Shown here piece by piece: positions 49,379 through 61,694 of a stretch of DNA of 64,000 nt. Each line of letters begins with the position of its first letter. Within the stretch, counting starts at the first letter, position 1. Made by a program: the position numbers and the translations under genes. Below the pieces are notes generated by a model. The model worked only from the letters and a program-made list of their open reading frames with translations. It was not told the origin of the DNA and made no database searches. The stretch is from positions 21,266,001-21,330,000 of the forward strand of contig OZ076412.1 in assembly GCA_964187785.1 (NCBI GenBank), written 5' to 3'. The DNA is from Amphiscolops sp. MND2022 (taxonomy: Eukaryota).

Positions 49379-50699
49379 TTAAATTGTGCAATGTTCTTTT
49401 TGTAGCGATTCTTTTATAAAATTAAAATTTTTGTTCTCATACCAAAGCTACAAATTTGAATAAAGCTTCGAATGTTTCAGATTTTGATTGATTCTCTCGG
49501 CCCGAAGTCTGCAAAGTCCGAAGTACAGTAGTTCACTTTCTGTTGAAAATATTAGCAAAACTTGCAAAATGTTTACAAACAATTAGACCTGACTCGATTC
49601 TTCATTAATGACGGTCGTATCATTGCAATCAAATTGTCGACTGTTTTAATCTATTGATTCAAAGGTTGCAACACTCGTTCAAGTCCGAAAAACTTTGTAA
49701 AAACTTATTTGTTCCTTAAAGAATTGACTTGTTCTTGCACAAAATTCATGTCGAGTCTGTCACAATTAAGTCTTAACCTAGCAAACATTTAAATCTGAGA
49801 TCAGGCGGTAGCATTTTAACACTTCGCACCATGTTTCTTATCCCCCATGCAGTGTCCATGGGGTTTGGGATATGGAACAAGGTTCAAATACCATTATGTC
49901 GACATACTTTGCATTGCAATTTCCGTCCGATCAAATAATTGATGCCGACATAATCCCATCTTCACATTAATTCACAGTCAGGATCACTCGCGTGGCTCAT
50001 TGTTTTATGGCGGAGAAATTATGCATTAAAATGTGGGAGGGGGGCTTTCTATATGATTTTATCTTTTTTAGCTTGTTCAAAATGATATCGAAAAATTCGG
50101 GTACGTTTTTGCTGAAAATGCGAATACCTCATTTTACCGAAACTTGAAGTTTTGTTCCTTTTTGAAAAGTCTGAAAAATGAAAGAATTTTTTCCATTTCA
50201 TTTCAATCAAAAACCTTCAAAAATTAATTGCACTTCTGAAAATCTAATTTTCAAATAACATTAATGCAGTTTCGAGATTTTCACGAATCAATTATTCAAA
50301 TAATTGCAATTAATTGGTCACTTTTTTCCTTTTAAATATCTGGCTTAAATTTGTTTTTGACCGTCTCGTCTCAGAAACGACGGCTCATTTTTAAGTTTGT
50401 GCATTTTAAGTTGGAAATGACAAATCCAAAACGTTTCGCAGCTGTTTCGCATTTAAATTTGAACATTATCTGCTGAGAGTCGGCGAATTCGAAAAAAAAC
50501 AGCCTATGAATGAAATCAGCATTTATGAGGCGGTAAAAATATAGTAGTCTCGGCTACTTATGGTTGAATTCGATATCGGTACGATGAGTACCGTTCTTGT
50601 GGCAGGGCTCAAAGAAATTCGAAAATAGCAAGAATAAAACCTAATTAAATGAAACTGGCAATTACTTTTCTTTTAGATGTAGTTAAATGTTTTCGAAGT

Positions 50700-52290
50700 T
50701 GCGCTGATGGCCAAGAATACCATATCGACCACGAAGTTAACAAAAACAACAGGAACGAAAGATGAAAGCCTTATGGGCGATAAGGAGGAGGCAACTGCGA
50801 CCAAAAAAGCAAAGAGTGTGTTTTATCGAGCCTTGGGGTGGCAGCTCTCTCACGCCCTGAAATCGGAAATACTGATTAGACAATGCGCCAGCGCTCGAAG
50901 GCATATATACAAGCGAAAAAAGTGCAAAATCGTGAACGAAACGCACAATAATAAAAGTAAAAAAGAAACCAGCCACATAATGCAAGCGAGAAGTGGCCCA
51001 CGCAAAATCTGACGGTTAATCAGAAACAACGAAAGAAGCGGAACCAATAAAAGCAGCAAAACCAGGGACCGTAGTTTTGTACGCAAAATTTTGCTAAAAT
51101 ATAGGCTCATTTTTGTGGTAAATTATGGCAGAATATGCGGCAAATTATGCAATTTTAGAGGCTCTTGTTGACTTTCTGGAAAATATGCGCTCGTTCGCAA
51201 TAATGTTTCTGGCCCTTACTAACAGAAAAAACTGGTATTTATGTACAGAAACATCAAATCTTTCGCTGAGCCAATAAAATTGCGCAATTTGGGCCACACC
51301 GAAACGAAGGACTGTGAAATTTTACTATACTTTTTCCCTGTCAATTTCGCTAAAATGAAATTGAACTTTGCCAAGATGAAAATGAAGATCGGGTGAACGA
51401 ATTTCAATTTCGCTTTCGTGGAAAAAATTTTCGCCAATATGAAACTGAATTTTGCCAAGAAAAAAATGACTTTTGCCAAATTAGAAAGATTTTTTTGTGT
51501 GAAATTGAGTTTCGCTACGGCGGAAATGAATTTCGTTCATGCAAAATTGATTCTCTTTTCGGCAAAGTTGAGTTGCACGTTGGCGATTTTCAATTTTGGT
51601 CAGGCGGAATTGACATTCATTTTGGCGAAATTCAGATGGAAAAGGTATAGTTGAAAATGAGAGTCATTCATTTCGGTGCGACCCAAATACTACTTTTCTT
51701 CAAGATGAATATTTTAGCTGTTAATCAAGTCAGCTAAAAGTAAGCTTTTTCTCATTCATTTTTAAAATAGTAGGATTATGCGCTCGAATATGCGCTTTTA
51801 TGCTTTCCTAAAGAACGCCGATTATGGGCTTATTTTGCGATTTTAGAGGGGATCACAAAACTACGGTCCCTGAGCAGAACCAGACAGACAGTGAAAACCA
51901 GGGAAGAAGACAAAAACCGAAAAGAAATCCACTACGAAAGCAATTCATATATTGACAAAAGGGAGCGTAAACGACGAACGCAAAGCCAGCCACCCGTAAG
52001 AGCATTGGTGTCATGGGAAAACCAAAAAAAGAACAATGGGAAGAAGACAACGAACAAGGCAGCTCTATCACGAACTTCCCCAAACAAAACCGAAATGCCC
52101 CGATTTGCCAATTTTTCGGGAAGCCAATAATGGTCAGTAGATTAGATCAAAAGAAAATAAGAGAGCAAACCAAAATCGTCATATCAAGCGATGAGACAGA
52201 AACCGAAGCAGCAACAGAGCCCACAAATTGTTTTGTTTGTATTTATCGGAGAAGTACATCAAGAACAGAAGAAGGGGGTACACCTTGTTG
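50700..52290 (+). mobile_element. Decayed Gypsy-like fragment split by a hAT MITE
   Basis: LSHALKSEILIRQ resembles FPHDQGSEILLRQ, which follows the integrase at ~58920; hydrophilic low-complexity frames. Confidence 0.4.
51063..51872. mobile_element. hAT-type MITE (810 bp) with an internal degenerate ~21 bp minisatellite
   Basis: 18 bp perfect TIR cagggaccgtagttttgt; TSD agcaaaac / agcagaac (7 of 8 match). Confidence 0.88.
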
Positions 52291-52889
52291 GGAATTCCCC
52301 CTCCCCCAACACGAAAGCACATTTTGTTCTTGAATAAAACTGTTTCACTAATAAGAGAATATATGAATGTAAATGTTTAGTGGATTGTCTCTAGAACTGT
52401 TTAGACACTTCAGGCAAAAAAATTACACTAATGTTTTGATAATATTGGCCAAAACAGTAGATATTCACATTCGGAACAAGCTAAAACTGTATAAAAGACC
52501 CCAATTTCAGCGCAAACTTTCTTCGCTATAAAATCTGAGGAGCAACTGTTGTATTCTAGACTTTTATGATAAAACAGTTTTCTAAAATAGCTTCTTTCTA
52601 TATCGAACATATAGCATCGTAGCAAAACATAAAGTGATATAATAAAGTTTTATATCAAATGTCTATTATTTGTAAATATGGCAGGTAATTGTCTATGACC
52701 GAATTTCGGTAGAGGTTATATGTCTAGTCCGGTATTTTACAGTTGAACCGTATAACTATTAATCTTCTCTCTCAGGCTTTCTCAAAACTACGATGAGGGG
52801 CCGGGTGGTGTCATGTCGCCCGGGAGGAAGACCTGTGGCTTCTGTACCAGTTCCGACAGTGGTTGTGGAGTGCCTTTTGTGCGTCTCCA

Positions 52890-55800
52890 AATTGGTTCTG
52901 TAACAACAACTTTTTAGTCACATAAAAACAGTTTCCTTGGTTTGGTACACTACCGTATCTATTCAGTTTATTTATATTTCGGTTTGACCGTCTGAGAATA
53001 GATTTTGAATTCTCACCCTGAGGCATTTCTCCGTCAGAACGTAATTGTAGGGAATCATTCTCGGGATCAGTCCGGAGTTGCTCGTATCTGCAGTCTCTCT
53101 CCGACGTAACATACTCTCTTACGGTTTTCTCCGGTATCTCTTCCTCGTCATCACCATCATCATCTTCCTAATCTGTTTCGGTGCGCTTACTATTCTGGTC
53201 GATTCGGAGCTTGCGTTCAGAATATCGCGCAGTATCTCGTTCAACTTCTCGTATTTTCTGTCTAGTCCTCTCAGGCAATGACGGTTCTTTGGGGTTATCA
53301 TCGCTAATACTGCTGGTACCGTCTCTCTTCAGTGTCTTTTATCACTCTGGAAAAAAGGTCCCGAAATTATTATTCGGTGTAAAACTTTTCCCATATGTTT
53401 TTGCGGTGTTTTCAGTCCCGCATATTGCGGTTTGTATTTTTGATTGAAATCTCCCTTCTAGGGATTTTCGGTTGTGTCTCTTTTCATTAAAGTTGAAAGG
53501 ATATCTAATCGGTTTTTTCTTCCTCGGTGATTTGGTCTCCGAAGCCAGTTGCCGTTCTTCGGTCTTCATGCGGGCCATTACCATACGATTGGTGATTTCT
53601 CCTTCAGCGTCCCTTCCGACATATCTCGGTTTTTTGGGCTTGTTATGTGCTAAAACAGACTTTTCTACCGTGATGTAGTTCAAATGGCGTTTTTTCTGTC
53701 CCGTATGAATTGGGAATTGCATACTACTTGGTTTCTACGTCCAGTTAAAGTACTTCCATGTTTGCCAATAGTAAATTTTTCATAGTTTGTTTTGCTCTTC
53801 GTACAATACCGTTTCCGGTAAGCATTCGTGGTGGGTAGTATTGATCTTCTACATTCCGAAACTTACAAAATTCCTTGTACTCGGACGATATGAATGCCCC
53901 CCTAAGTCGGCATTAATTCTCTTGGGAATTCCGTAAAATTTACAATTTGTCAGGAAATTTATGACTTCTTTTGTTTCGGCTGTCTTTACAAATTTTTGCT
54001 GTCGGCCATTTGATAAACCGATCTATTGCTATTAGTGTTTGAGATTCTCCGTTAATTTTTCTTGTTCTGTAGTTTTCCGGTGAAATCTATTTGTAATTCT
54101 TGTCCTGGTTCGGTTAGTTTTTCTAACTTCCCGTGTTGATTTTTTTGGAATTTGGTGTTCGCCGTTCTTACCTGTGGCGAGGCATGCAGTGCAGTCTTTA
54201 ACTTTGTGCTCTATACCTCCGCATCTACGACCACCAAAAGATTTTTGCGTCGGATAGCATTTTTGTTGTGCCAGGGTGACCGAAATCTAGTATATCGATC
54301 AGTCTTCTTCTCAAGTCGATTGGTACGGCAATTTGGTCGTCTACGAAGACTAGACGCCACCGGATTGATAGCTTGTCTAAAACCGGTCTGTATCCTTCCG
54401 GGGCCGTGTCGCTTTCTTCTCTGCGCATGCTTGCTCGGATTCTTGTCGTCTCTGGATCCGTTGCCGTTTTTGAAACAAGAGTCTTCAAGTCCAACAGAAA
54501 ATTAAATTCGTCTTTCTTTGTGTTGTCTCCGGTCAACTCCTTGTTCTCCGGTAATTTGCCCACTATGTGATTGATTTGTATATAGTGAGCCTCTTTTCCA
54601 TCAGTGTGGTATTCGCTCAAGTTGACGATTCGTAGGTTATCACCCCGCATAATCACACTGTCTTCTTCGGTGTCCACCGTATTTTGGTCAGCTTCTACTT
54701 CTCTTTCTTCCGGAGCTTCCGGTTCTGCACCTTCGTCGATGATTTCTATCGTTTGATAGCCCCCGCCTATCCGGTTTGCTCTAGGTGTAAGTTCTGCGTC
54801 GAGTTCTGCAATCTCTTCCCAGCTTCTCTTGTTTGGCCTTGACGGTACAAATATAGACCTTTGTGACTGTGGATCATATCTCTTCCGCATGGTTCCCGGT
54901 CTAGCATGCGTTTTTCTCCTTTCCACCAGTCTTGGTCTCCGGGCGTGTTTTTCTTCTTGGGAGGCTCCCCAGTGATATAAATTTGCTCGGTTCATTTTTG
55001 TTTCGTAATTTTTGAATTTGAACTACTTTTCGCGGTGCTAATACCGGACTGCCCCGGTGTAGTATTCTCTTTTGAGATAAGTTTGTTCTCGAATGTTGCA
55101 TTTGTTTGTGATTGGTTCTTCTTTTGCTCATTTTCATTTCGGTTTTGCTTTTGTTCCTTTTCGGTCTCTTCTGTTCTTGAATTTGATTGGTTGTCGAACA
55201 GCGAACCATCTTTTGCGTTCAATGCGGCGTATCCGGTAAGAATGTTGATTACATTTTTTTCTTCGTATTTTTCTTCTATCGCGGCTCCCCCTACCGGATT
55301 TCTGCTGAGAAAATCGGTAAATTTTAAGTTACTGTGGGCGATATGTTGAACTGCGACGACAAAGTGAGCCAATCTATCCAGCCACCAGGTTTGACTTGCG
55401 CTATATTGTTGATTGCTTCGGTTCCGTTTTATTATTGGTTCTGATGCTTAGTGCTCTGTGTACAAGTGTATTTTCTTTCCGTAAACGTAAAATCCGAATT
55501 TTCTAACCCGCAAACAACTGCTAGCAGTTCCAATTCACCGATAGAAAAGTTTTTTTTCGGTATCCTTCAGATATCTGCTACCGAATGCAATCGGTTTTAT
55601 GTCTCCGCTGTCTTGTTTTTGCCAAAGGTTTGTTTCTCTATCTGTTCATCGAAAGGCAATATTGTTACCAGTATCAATTATGAATTCTTTTTGCATCTCG
55701 TTTATTTTTATTTTCGCTGTGTAATGTTTCTGTTTTTCTTCGATGTTCTTTATTTCTTCTATATTGTGTATACTTTCATCCGATTCGCCGAGGGATTCAA

Positions 55801-56541
55801 TTGTTTCGTTCTCTGTTTCTTCGGTAAGTTTTTTCACTGTTTGGTTGTTTTGTCTTTTCCGGCATGCGTTTGCGTAGTCTCCCTTTTTTCCGCAGTTCTT
55901 ACAGTTCGATTCCGATGCCGGACATTTGCGTTCCAGTTCAGGTTATTGCAAAATCTGCATGGTCGGGTTCCGGTAAATTTTGAATTCCGCTAACTCTGAT
56001 TTTTTCTATTCTTTGTATCGGTTCTTCTTTGATCAGCTGTTTTTCTTTTGTTGTAATCAAAGCTTCGGGTGTTGTGTTCTTTTTGTTTTTCTTCTCATAT
56101 GTGTTTTGTTTTCTTAGTTCAATTGCTTTTTTCATTTCCAGGGTTTTTTCCTTCATCAGCTTGTCCCGTAGATTTTTTATCTGTGCTCGCTGTCATATAT
56201 TTTGAAATCAGTAGCTCTTCGGCTGATATGGTGTTAAAGTTGCATTCTTTCTCGATTCCGATTAGTCTTCTCCAGAACTCTTCCGGTTTCTCATTTTCCG
56301 ATTGTTTGGCCCAAAAGAAATCGCCTCGGTTGTGGTATGTGCTACGCTTCGGTAGGTAGAGGTAGTGTTCGGTATATAGCCGATTTAGGTCTTTCGGCTC
56401 GGGTGTTTTGATAGAGGGCTTCTGGTCCCACTCCCCAAATAAAATCTTCTTGAATGGCCGTTTCTTTCCCAGTTCATTTGGTATCCGTAATATCTTTTCT
56501 TTCAATAATGGTGTAATGTCAATTTTGTGTTCCTGTTTCAC
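52890..56541 (-). mobile_element. Gypsy LTR-retrotransposon remnant A: gag, protease, (RT deleted), RNase H, integrase
   Basis: gag-like DFFWAKQ..NEKPEEFWRRLIGIEKECNF; protease EFIIDTG; RNase H IAFGSRYLKDTEKNFSIGELELLAV and WLDRLAHF; integrase GHPGTTKMLSDAKIFWW and KEVINFLT..FYGIPK; many stops and frameshifts; no LTR seen. Confidence 0.9.
56119..56541 (-). pseudogene. gag: Gypsy gag fragment, copy 1
   Basis: ORF track; gag-like motifs as in remnant A. Confidence 0.7.
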
Positions 56542-57094
56542 TCGAATTAAAGATCACGAGGTTAAAATGGAGTTGAAATAAAGCGCGAGAATACCCTCAA
56601 CAATAGGGGAGAAGTATCCCAATACAATTACAGGAAGCTGTGCATGCAGAAAAAATTCCTTTTTAGAAGATCAGATAGTACATGTAAACAAAATAACCGA
56701 TAACGTATTCATCCAACCAGTGGTAATCCTTGTCAAAAAAGTGTGAAAACAGCATAAGACAGGCTAGCGTTAAATTCTGAAAAATGAATATCAATTGCCA
56801 AATTGCGATTATTTAGTAGACATGGTAGCAGAACAGCGGCATGCGTTTGCGTAGTCTCCCTTTTTTCCGCAGTTGTTACAGTTCGATTCCGATGCCGGAC
56901 ATTTGCGTTCCAGTTCAGGTTATTGCAAAATCTGCATGGTCGGGTTCCGGTAAATTTTGAATTCCGCTAACTCTGATTTTTTCCATTCTTTGTATCGGTT
57001 CTTCTTTGATCAGCTGTTTTTCTTTTGTTGTAATCAAAGCTTCGGGTGTTGTGTTCTTTTTGTTTTTCTTCTCATATGTGTTTTTTTTATTAGT

Positions 57095-57511
57095 TCAATT
57101 GCTTTTTTCATTTCCAGGGTTTCTTCCTTCATCAGCTTGTCCCGTAGTTTTTTTAGGGGTGCTCGCTGTCATATATTTTGAAATCAGTAGCTCTTCGGCT
57201 GATATGGTGTTAAAGTTGCATTCTTTCTCGATTCCGATTAGTCTTCTCCAGAACTCTTCCGGTGCCTCATTTTCCGATTGTTTGGCCCAAAAGAAATCGC
57301 CTCGGTTGTGGTATGTGTTACGCTTCGGTAGGTAGTGTTCGGTATATAGCCGGTTTAGGTCTTTCGGCTCGGGTTTTTTGATAGAGGGCTTCTGGTCCCA
57401 CTCCCCAAATAAAATCTTCTTGAATGGCCGTTTCTTTCCCAGTTCATTTGGTATCCGTAATATCTTTTCTTTCAATAATGGTGTAATGTCAATTTTGTGT
57501 TCCCGCTTCAC
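57095..57511 (-). pseudogene. gag: Gypsy gag fragment, copy 2
   Basis: Duplicate of 56119-56541. Confidence 0.7.
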
Positions 57512-57599
57512 TCGAATTAAAAATCACGAGGTTAAAATGGAGTTGAAATAAAGCGCGAGAATACCCTCAACAATAGGGGAGAAGTATCCCAATACAATT

Positions 57600-59150
57600 A
57601 CAGGAAGCTGTGCATGCAGAAATAATTCCTTTTTAGAAGATCAGATAGTACATGTAAACAAAATAACCGATAACGTATTCATCCAACCAGTGGTAATCCT
57701 TGTCAAAAAAGTGTGAAAACAGCATAAGACAGGCTAGCGTTAAATCCTGAAAAATGAATATCAATTGCCAAATTGCGATTATTTAGTAGACATGGCAGAA
57801 CAGCTAAATGATTTTGAAGGTGGACAAGTAATACATACTTCATTAAAATGCGCTACACATAGAGCCAAGTACCACTTAGGAAACAGCCAAGAATTGCATC
57901 TTTCAATAAGTAGCAGGGAAGGCCATAGGAACATATAGATTTCTTGAAACGAAATCATGGACTGACCATAATGCCCGCGGAGTTCCAAAAGGCGATGGAC
58001 TAAGACTAGCAGACCTCCCGAAAACCTACGTATACTTAGACGACATTCTAATTGTAACAAAAAAGAAGACGGAAAGCTATTAGGTAGCTGTCAAAAAATT
58101 GTTAAAAACCTAAGCAACGCAAACGTACGCCTAAAATGGGAAAAATGTAATTTTGCTTGAACAGAAAATTTATGGCTCGGGTATCGATTAACCCAAAGAG
58201 GAATCAGAACGACGTATTCGAAAATACAAGAAATCACAGAACAACCAAAACCAAAATTTTTGAAGGAATTGAGATTGTTTTTAGGTGCTGTGAACCAAAT
58301 GAATCTATTCATACCAACTGGTGCTCAGTTATGTCATGAACTCCGGCTGGAGTTTGGGCAGTTGAGCATTTCGAAAAGTATTCGTGTGGTATAAAATTTC
58401 AAATCGTTTCAGACCACATGCCTCTTGTGGCCGTGTTCAAGTGGACTATAAACAACAAATGCACTAGAGTAGATTGACACGCTGGATTGATCGATTACTT
58501 CGGGATGGCTAGTTGCAAAATTGCTACAATACATAGGGAATATTAAAATACCACCGCCAATTCTTACTCCCGGGCACAGTGTTTCAACCAAAAAATTCAA
58601 GAAAATGCTAAGGAGGATACATCAAACACAATAAATGCCGCGTCAAGGATAACAAATGCAACGGAAAAGTTGAGCAACTCGTAAAAACAGTAGATGAACT
58701 ATTGAGGGGCATTAAAAAGATAGTACTCGAAAGGGATACTTCAGAAACATCCTTACTATTTTTTGCAACGACGTCACTACCCGGGAACCGAAAAATTCCC
58801 AGGCAACTACAAAGTTGTCGAAAACTTACAACGGTGAAAGATGTTATCACTACAAAACGAAAAATTATCTACATTTGTTATACAACGACAGCGAGTTTCA
58901 ACTGATAATGTGCGACTTCCCACATGATCAAGGCTCCGAAATCCTGCTCAGACAGAGATCACGGGGCACCAAATTGCATGGACTTTAGAAGACAAATAAA
59001 TGTAAGGTCGTGAGCGAACCCTCCCACACGGTTACAATCAAATGTGCATGAGCGACAAACTGCCAGGTACAGCAAGACGAGCCAACCAATCAAAGCAACG
59101 AAAGAACGGCGAACCAACGGCGACGGAGAACGCAGAGCCAACCTTTTGAA
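57600..59150 (+). mobile_element. pol: Gypsy remnant B: RT, RNase H, integrase (RT N-terminus also duplicated at ~56630-56836)
   Basis: VFIQPVVILVKK; YQLPN; GLTIMPAEFQKAMD; TYVYLDDILIVT; KFQIVSDH; SRLTRWIDRLL; NGKVEQLVKT. Confidence 0.9.
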
Positions 59151-59849
59151 TATACTCTTAGCCTATGTGATTGAAAAAATGAAAGTCATTCAAGAAGAGG
59201 ACGAAAAAGAAAAGTGAGAGGGTATCACCTTGTCTCACGCCGGCTGAACCTTGAAAAGCAACAGAAGTTTGGTTGAATCAATGAATGTTGAAAACAGCTG
59301 GCTTTTAGCTGCTGAGTATGGAAAGACTATTATTTGAAGCTCGTCTATTTTCCACAAAAACTGTTGCCTTCGAGGTAACACTCTAATCAACATTTTATCA
59401 TTGATTTTATTTAATCATTTATCATGAAAATGCAATTTAACAACGATAATCTTCAGTAGCGGGCGGATTGGTTATTTGTTTGAAATAAAAAGGGATAATA
59501 GTTTATTTTCTTCAGTAATCAGGTATGATTCCTGATTTCAAAACCATATTTAAAATGGTAGCCACAGACTAAATCAGAACGATGGGCGCTTACGTCAGAA
59601 ATTCCGTGAAGATCCCGTTTTCGCCTTTTGCGTTACCGTTCCTGAACAGATAAAATCACTCCTTTGAACGTCTCCTGAATTGCAAAATAATTGACGGTTT
59701 TTTAAGTTTAAAAGACCTGAAATAGTCTCAGATTGACTTCGAATTTCTTCTCTGTAAAAACTTGAGCGTTGACTTAACTGACGAAGAAAACATTTCCATT
59801 TTTTAATCAAAATTTTTGTGAGTTTTATACGCTTCTGCAGTCGTGCAGC

Positions 59850-61692
59850 TATGTGAGCCTAACCGGTTTCTTCTCAAAGCACTCCGGTTCTGCTTGTTTT
59901 GCAATCGATAATCTCGAGAGCCATGGGTAATCCCTCACAAAGTTCGAGGATTTCATCGAGTTCACAATTGTGATTCCAGTTTCTCATTACCGCAACCTGG
60001 TGTATGCTTTTGCGCAAAAGTTTATAAATCTGAATGACACATTTTTCTCAACATATGTTTTTACAAGAGGTATTATTTGCAATCTTAGTTTTAAGCAGTA
60101 AGTTAATAACGTTTTTTTAAATCAAAAGTTTAGTAGTTAAAACAGTATAATGTACAAGTTGAGTTCAAAAGTGAGTTGTGCATGGTTCGAAACAGTTTCA
60201 CATTTTTCTTCATTCAGTGATCCCATCGTGATTCATACAGTTGCTTTGACTTTTAACACAGTCACATTGTTGAAGATGTCTGTGATTTGTTTGGTTGCAA
60301 TTTTGCCAAGGTATTTTGACAATATTTCGCACTTACCAAATTTCGCATTGTTCCCGCTTCTCAAAACTTTCGCAGATGAAGCAGAGCGGATGTTCTCTGA
60401 CATTTTGCTTCCATGGAAATTTCCTTGTCTCAAAAGCAATTGAGCATCATCCACAGCCATTTGATGATAGATTCGATCGGAATCTTTGATATTCCGAAGC
60501 GTTGAGTGCGAAGTTTTAGTCTGTTTCCCCACCTATACTCACATCTGTTTGTTTTCCAAAAGCAGTTCGTATATGTCTTTTTTGTGTCGGATTCAGGTCT
60601 AATGAGGCTTCAGTTTTTTGCTCAGTGATGTCCATGACGTTGATGTTCACCTGCTGGAAAACTTTTGGCAACTCATTTTTATACTTGACAATCTGATTTC
60701 ACAAATCCAATAGAAGATTTCTCGAAGCTACATCGGTTGACTTGTTGTTCAGGCCCAGCGGACCAAAATGCCCACTAAGTCTAGGGTTTTGCAAGCCATG
60801 ATCTCAAACATCAAAGTGCGCCATCCTATTTCTCCCTCCTTCATAATTCTTTCCATAAATTCTAAAGCAACCAGGCTATTCTTACTGCCACACAGAGCTT
60901 GTTTGGAAAAAAATTGAATTCTGGAACCACTTTCATGTCCAAAATTTCTTTTGCCTTAAAACGTGCAGAAGCTTCAGAAGAAGAGAAGTTTTCATAAAGA
61001 ACGCTTTAGCGTGTAGACTCAGATCTTTGCTGAAATTTTTTCCGGCATCTTCAAGTTTTTTTTAAACTTTGGAATTATTCGCATTTTCAGATTCCTCGTT
61101 GAAACCGAGATGTATACCTAACACATTCGCTCTGGATGATACCTTCTTCTTGAAATGTCAGCTAATTTTAGTACTGCGCTTTTTTCTTGGTTTATTTAAA
61201 ACTGAGTACTTTTGCTAAAAACCTGCAGTCTTCCAAAAAGAATCTCAAGGTCTTCCCCGTGCTTGAAAGTCTTCCGCATATGCTATCGCACTTTTCTCTG
61301 TATTGTGAAAAAAAAATAAGATCGTAATGCTTCCATTAGTGGTTCCAAAGCGAAAACAAACAATAAAGCTGGGAGCGGACTTCCTTGCCGGAATTCTCTT
61401 GTTTTTTTTTGTTTGGATGTCAGGTAGACAATTTATCTTCATGCTAGCAGTTGTGTTCCGGTATATGTTTTCCACGAGCTTTACAACGTTGTCAGGAAAT
61501 TTTTTCAGTATTTGAAGCATGAACGTTCTAGCAATTCTATCAAATGCTTTCGTGCAGTCCAACCGCACTAAGCACCAGCTGTCACCGTTGATTAACACTC
61601 TCTGCTGAATATCCTATATGGCTCTGTGCATGTTTCATTTTTCATATATGAAAGTTGGTTATCTCCAACTAGGTTCTCATTTTTCTTGATTC
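59850..61692 (-). mobile_element. Decayed L1/Tx1-like LINE ORF2 (RT); continues for a few codons past the Tc1 insertion
   Basis: LDCTKAFDRI...FPDNVVKLVENIYRNTTASMKIN...AYAED; the frame VLSSRIKKK..LVGDNQ spans the TA insertion site. Left boundary approximate. Confidence 0.8.
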
Positions 61693-61694
61693 TA

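Larger units (their letters stand above)
55860..57803. repeat. Tandem duplication with 977 bp period (55860-56836 / 56837-57803)
   Basis: Both copies run cggcatgcgtttgcg...gtagacatgg(ta)gcagaacag and differ by a few substitutions and indels. Confidence 0.95.

Noticed and set aside
49400-50050. Possible decayed hAT transposase core on the minus strand
   Set aside because: Only vague resemblance, no recognisable catalytic motif and no termini.
52285-52312. Polypurine tract and LTR start for Gypsy A
   Set aside because: gggggaggggga on the minus strand is not followed by TG, and no second LTR copy is visible.
57600-58400. Plus-strand RT as the relocated missing RT of Gypsy A
   Set aside because: It continues into its own, different RNase H and integrase, so it belongs to a second element.
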